Assembly (NCBI GenBank): GCA_009837205.1
Contig: VXTZ01000026.1
Coordinates: forward strand, 83,629 to 147,628
Direction: 5' to 3'
DNA from: Candidatus Dadabacteria bacterium
Lineage (GTDB): Bacteria > Desulfobacterota_D > UBA1144 > Nemesobacterales > Nemesobacteraceae
Length of the DNA: 64,000 nucleotides
How positions within the stretch are numbered: the first letter of the stretch is position 1; every line of letters starts with the position of its first letter. This document shows, in pieces, positions 62,849 through 64,000 of this stretch. The position numbers and the translations under genes are program-made. The notes under the pieces were generated by a model, which saw nothing but the letters and a program-made list of their open reading frames with translations, did no database searches and had not been told where the DNA came from.

Positions 62849-64000
62849 CCGATTTGAACTTTATCTTTACCCCCCTCTCCCGCTGGATTCTTCTCATGGA
62901 TCTTCCTTCTATTTCTCTGAGCTTCGCTATGACCTTCTTGTTGGCCTGGACGACAAGAGGCCCTTCAGCGCTCTGCCTTGTCCATTGATCAATATCCCTC
63001 AGTATCTCGTAACAGGTGGTGTATATCGACTTTATCCGTCCGCTCCCCTCGCAGGTATCACAGGGTTCGGTCAGGTCGGAAAGTATACTTTCCCTGACCC
63101 TGCGTCTGGTAAGCTGGATTACGCTGAAAGACGATATTTCCTGGATCGTGGTCCTCGCTTTATCCTTTTTCATCTCATTCGTGAAAAGCGACTCTACCTT
63201 CTTTCTGGACCTAACAGACTGCATGTCTATGAAATCGATAACTATGATTCCGACCAGGTTGCGAAGCCTTATCTGCCTCGCGGCTTCAACTGCGGCTTCT
63301 TCGTTCGTTTTCATTATTGTTTTCTTCTGAAACTCCTCTCCGACAAGTTTCCCGGAGTTAACGTCTATCACGGTAAGCCCCTCGGCCTCGTCTATGATCA
63401 GGTAGCCTCCCGACTTCATCCAGACCTTTTTTCTGTACATTTTTTCGACCTGGCTCTCGATTCCGTATCTGTCGAATATGGGTTCTTCTTTATCGTACAT
63501 ATCGACTTTGAAGCCATCCTTGTTAATCTTGTCGGAAAAGTACTTGGTAATCCGGCCGTGGGCTTTGGAGGAATCAACTACAATTTTCTTAAGGCCGTTT
63601 CCCATCAGGTCCCTGATGACCCTGATACAGGTATCGGCTTCTTCGTATATCACGCCCGGGTTTTTCGATTCTTCATACTTTTTCTTTATCCTTCTCCACT
63701 TCCTCACAAGCGCTTTCATCTCGCTCTTGATGTCCTTCTCGTCCGCTTCCACGCACGCCGTTCTCACTATAAAACCCATGTCTTCGGGCTTATTCCGCAT
63801 GATTTCGGAAAATCTTTTCCTGCTTTTTCTGTCGGTTATTTTGCGGGACAGGTTCACCGAGTCTGACCCGGGAAGCAGAACAAGATATTTGCCCGGTATG
63901 CCCACGTGAGAGGTAAGCTTGGGACCTTTGTTTCCGGTGGGTTCCTTTGTAACCTGAACCATAACCTCCTGACCCTGACGCAACACTTTCTGTATTGGCT
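62796..64000 (-). CDS. ribonuclease E/G family protein (N-terminal S1 region lies beyond window end)
   Basis: ...GQEVMVQVTKEPTGNKGPKLTSHVGIPGKYLVLLP (S1 end) ... DNase-I-like and Zn-link regions of the Rne/Rng catalytic domain. The frame is open to nt 64000. Confidence 0.85.
   Translation of the reverse strand, partial: PIQKVLRQGQEVMVQVTKEPTGNKGPKLTSHVGIPGKYLVLLPGSDSVNLSRKITDRKSRKRFSEIMRNKPEDMGFIVRTACVEADEKDIKSEMKALVRKWRRIKKKYEESKNPGVIYEEADTCIRVIRDLMGNGLKKIVVDSSKAHGRITKYFSDKINKDGFKVDMYDKEEPIFDRYGIESQVEKMYRKKVWMKSGGYLIIDEAEGLTVIDVNSGKLVGEEFQKKTIMKTNEEAAVEAARQIRLRNLVGIIVIDFIDMQSVRSRKKVESLFTNEMKKDKARTTIQEISSFSVIQLTRRRVRESILSDLTEPCDTCEGSGRIKSIYTTCYEILRDIDQWTRQSAEGPLVVQANKKVIAKLREIEGRSMRRIQRERGVKIKFKSVEDPLEKYAISREEASG

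Noticed and set aside
62769-63909. Plus-strand ORFs (365 aa, 143 aa, 104 aa) opposite the RNase E/G gene
   Set aside because: They are antisense shadows of the well-supported Rne/Rng catalytic-domain ORF.

Overview
This 64 kb window is a Gram-negative (diderm) bacterial chromosome segment, mostly core housekeeping with a few accessory islets. Diderm markers are BamD, an Omp85/BamA-family barrel, RlpA-SPOR, TatA and RseP. GC content is moderate.

Core genes:
- Translation: rpsB-tsf-pyrH-frr, serS, gatCA, glyQS, and the rpsU-dnaG-rpoD macromolecular-synthesis operon.
- tRNA/rRNA modification and other functions: rsmI, trmB, trmFO, prmA, two DksA-family paralogues.
- Biosynthesis: panBCD, purEK, purN, aroB plus DAHP synthase, gshB, apt, mtnA.
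- Envelope: uppS-dxr-rseP, ctpA, plsC, a lipid kinase.

Accessory or atypical content stands out in five places:
1. The first ~5 kb is a mosaic. It holds a GC-rich alpha/beta-hydrolase fragment, an AT-rich secreted HExxH zinc metalloprotease with an unusual C-terminal sorting tag, and a dense toxin-antitoxin islet. The islet has an orphan higA, a vapB followed by a truncated downstream gene, and a Panacea/DUF4065 (PanA) antitoxin paired with an uncharacterised 151-aa partner that is the best candidate for a new toxin.
2. tRNA-Ser(UGA) at 11.1 kb is followed by a degenerate tRNA-Ser 3' fragment ~0.8 kb away, a direct repeat and the signature of an integration remnant. It brackets a low-GC orphan membrane-protein gene and sits next to a second low-GC orphan gene with a C-terminal RVELAH (HEPN-like Rx4H) motif.
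3. A two-gene CTP-dependent module (a LicC/IPCT-type cytidylyltransferase plus a fused NTP-transferase-like/CDP-alcohol phosphatidyltransferase membrane protein) has the IPCT/DIPPS architecture of di-myo-inositol-phosphate synthesis.
4. A solitary 5S rRNA gene lies between purN and rpoD with no 16S or 23S nearby. The ORF track masks it with a spurious purN N-terminal extension.
5. A GC-rich class II Fic protein sits between trmFO and glyQS, and a GC-rich steroid-5-alpha-reductase-family membrane protein follows glyS.

tatA (59 aa) falls below the ORF-track length cutoff and was called by hand.
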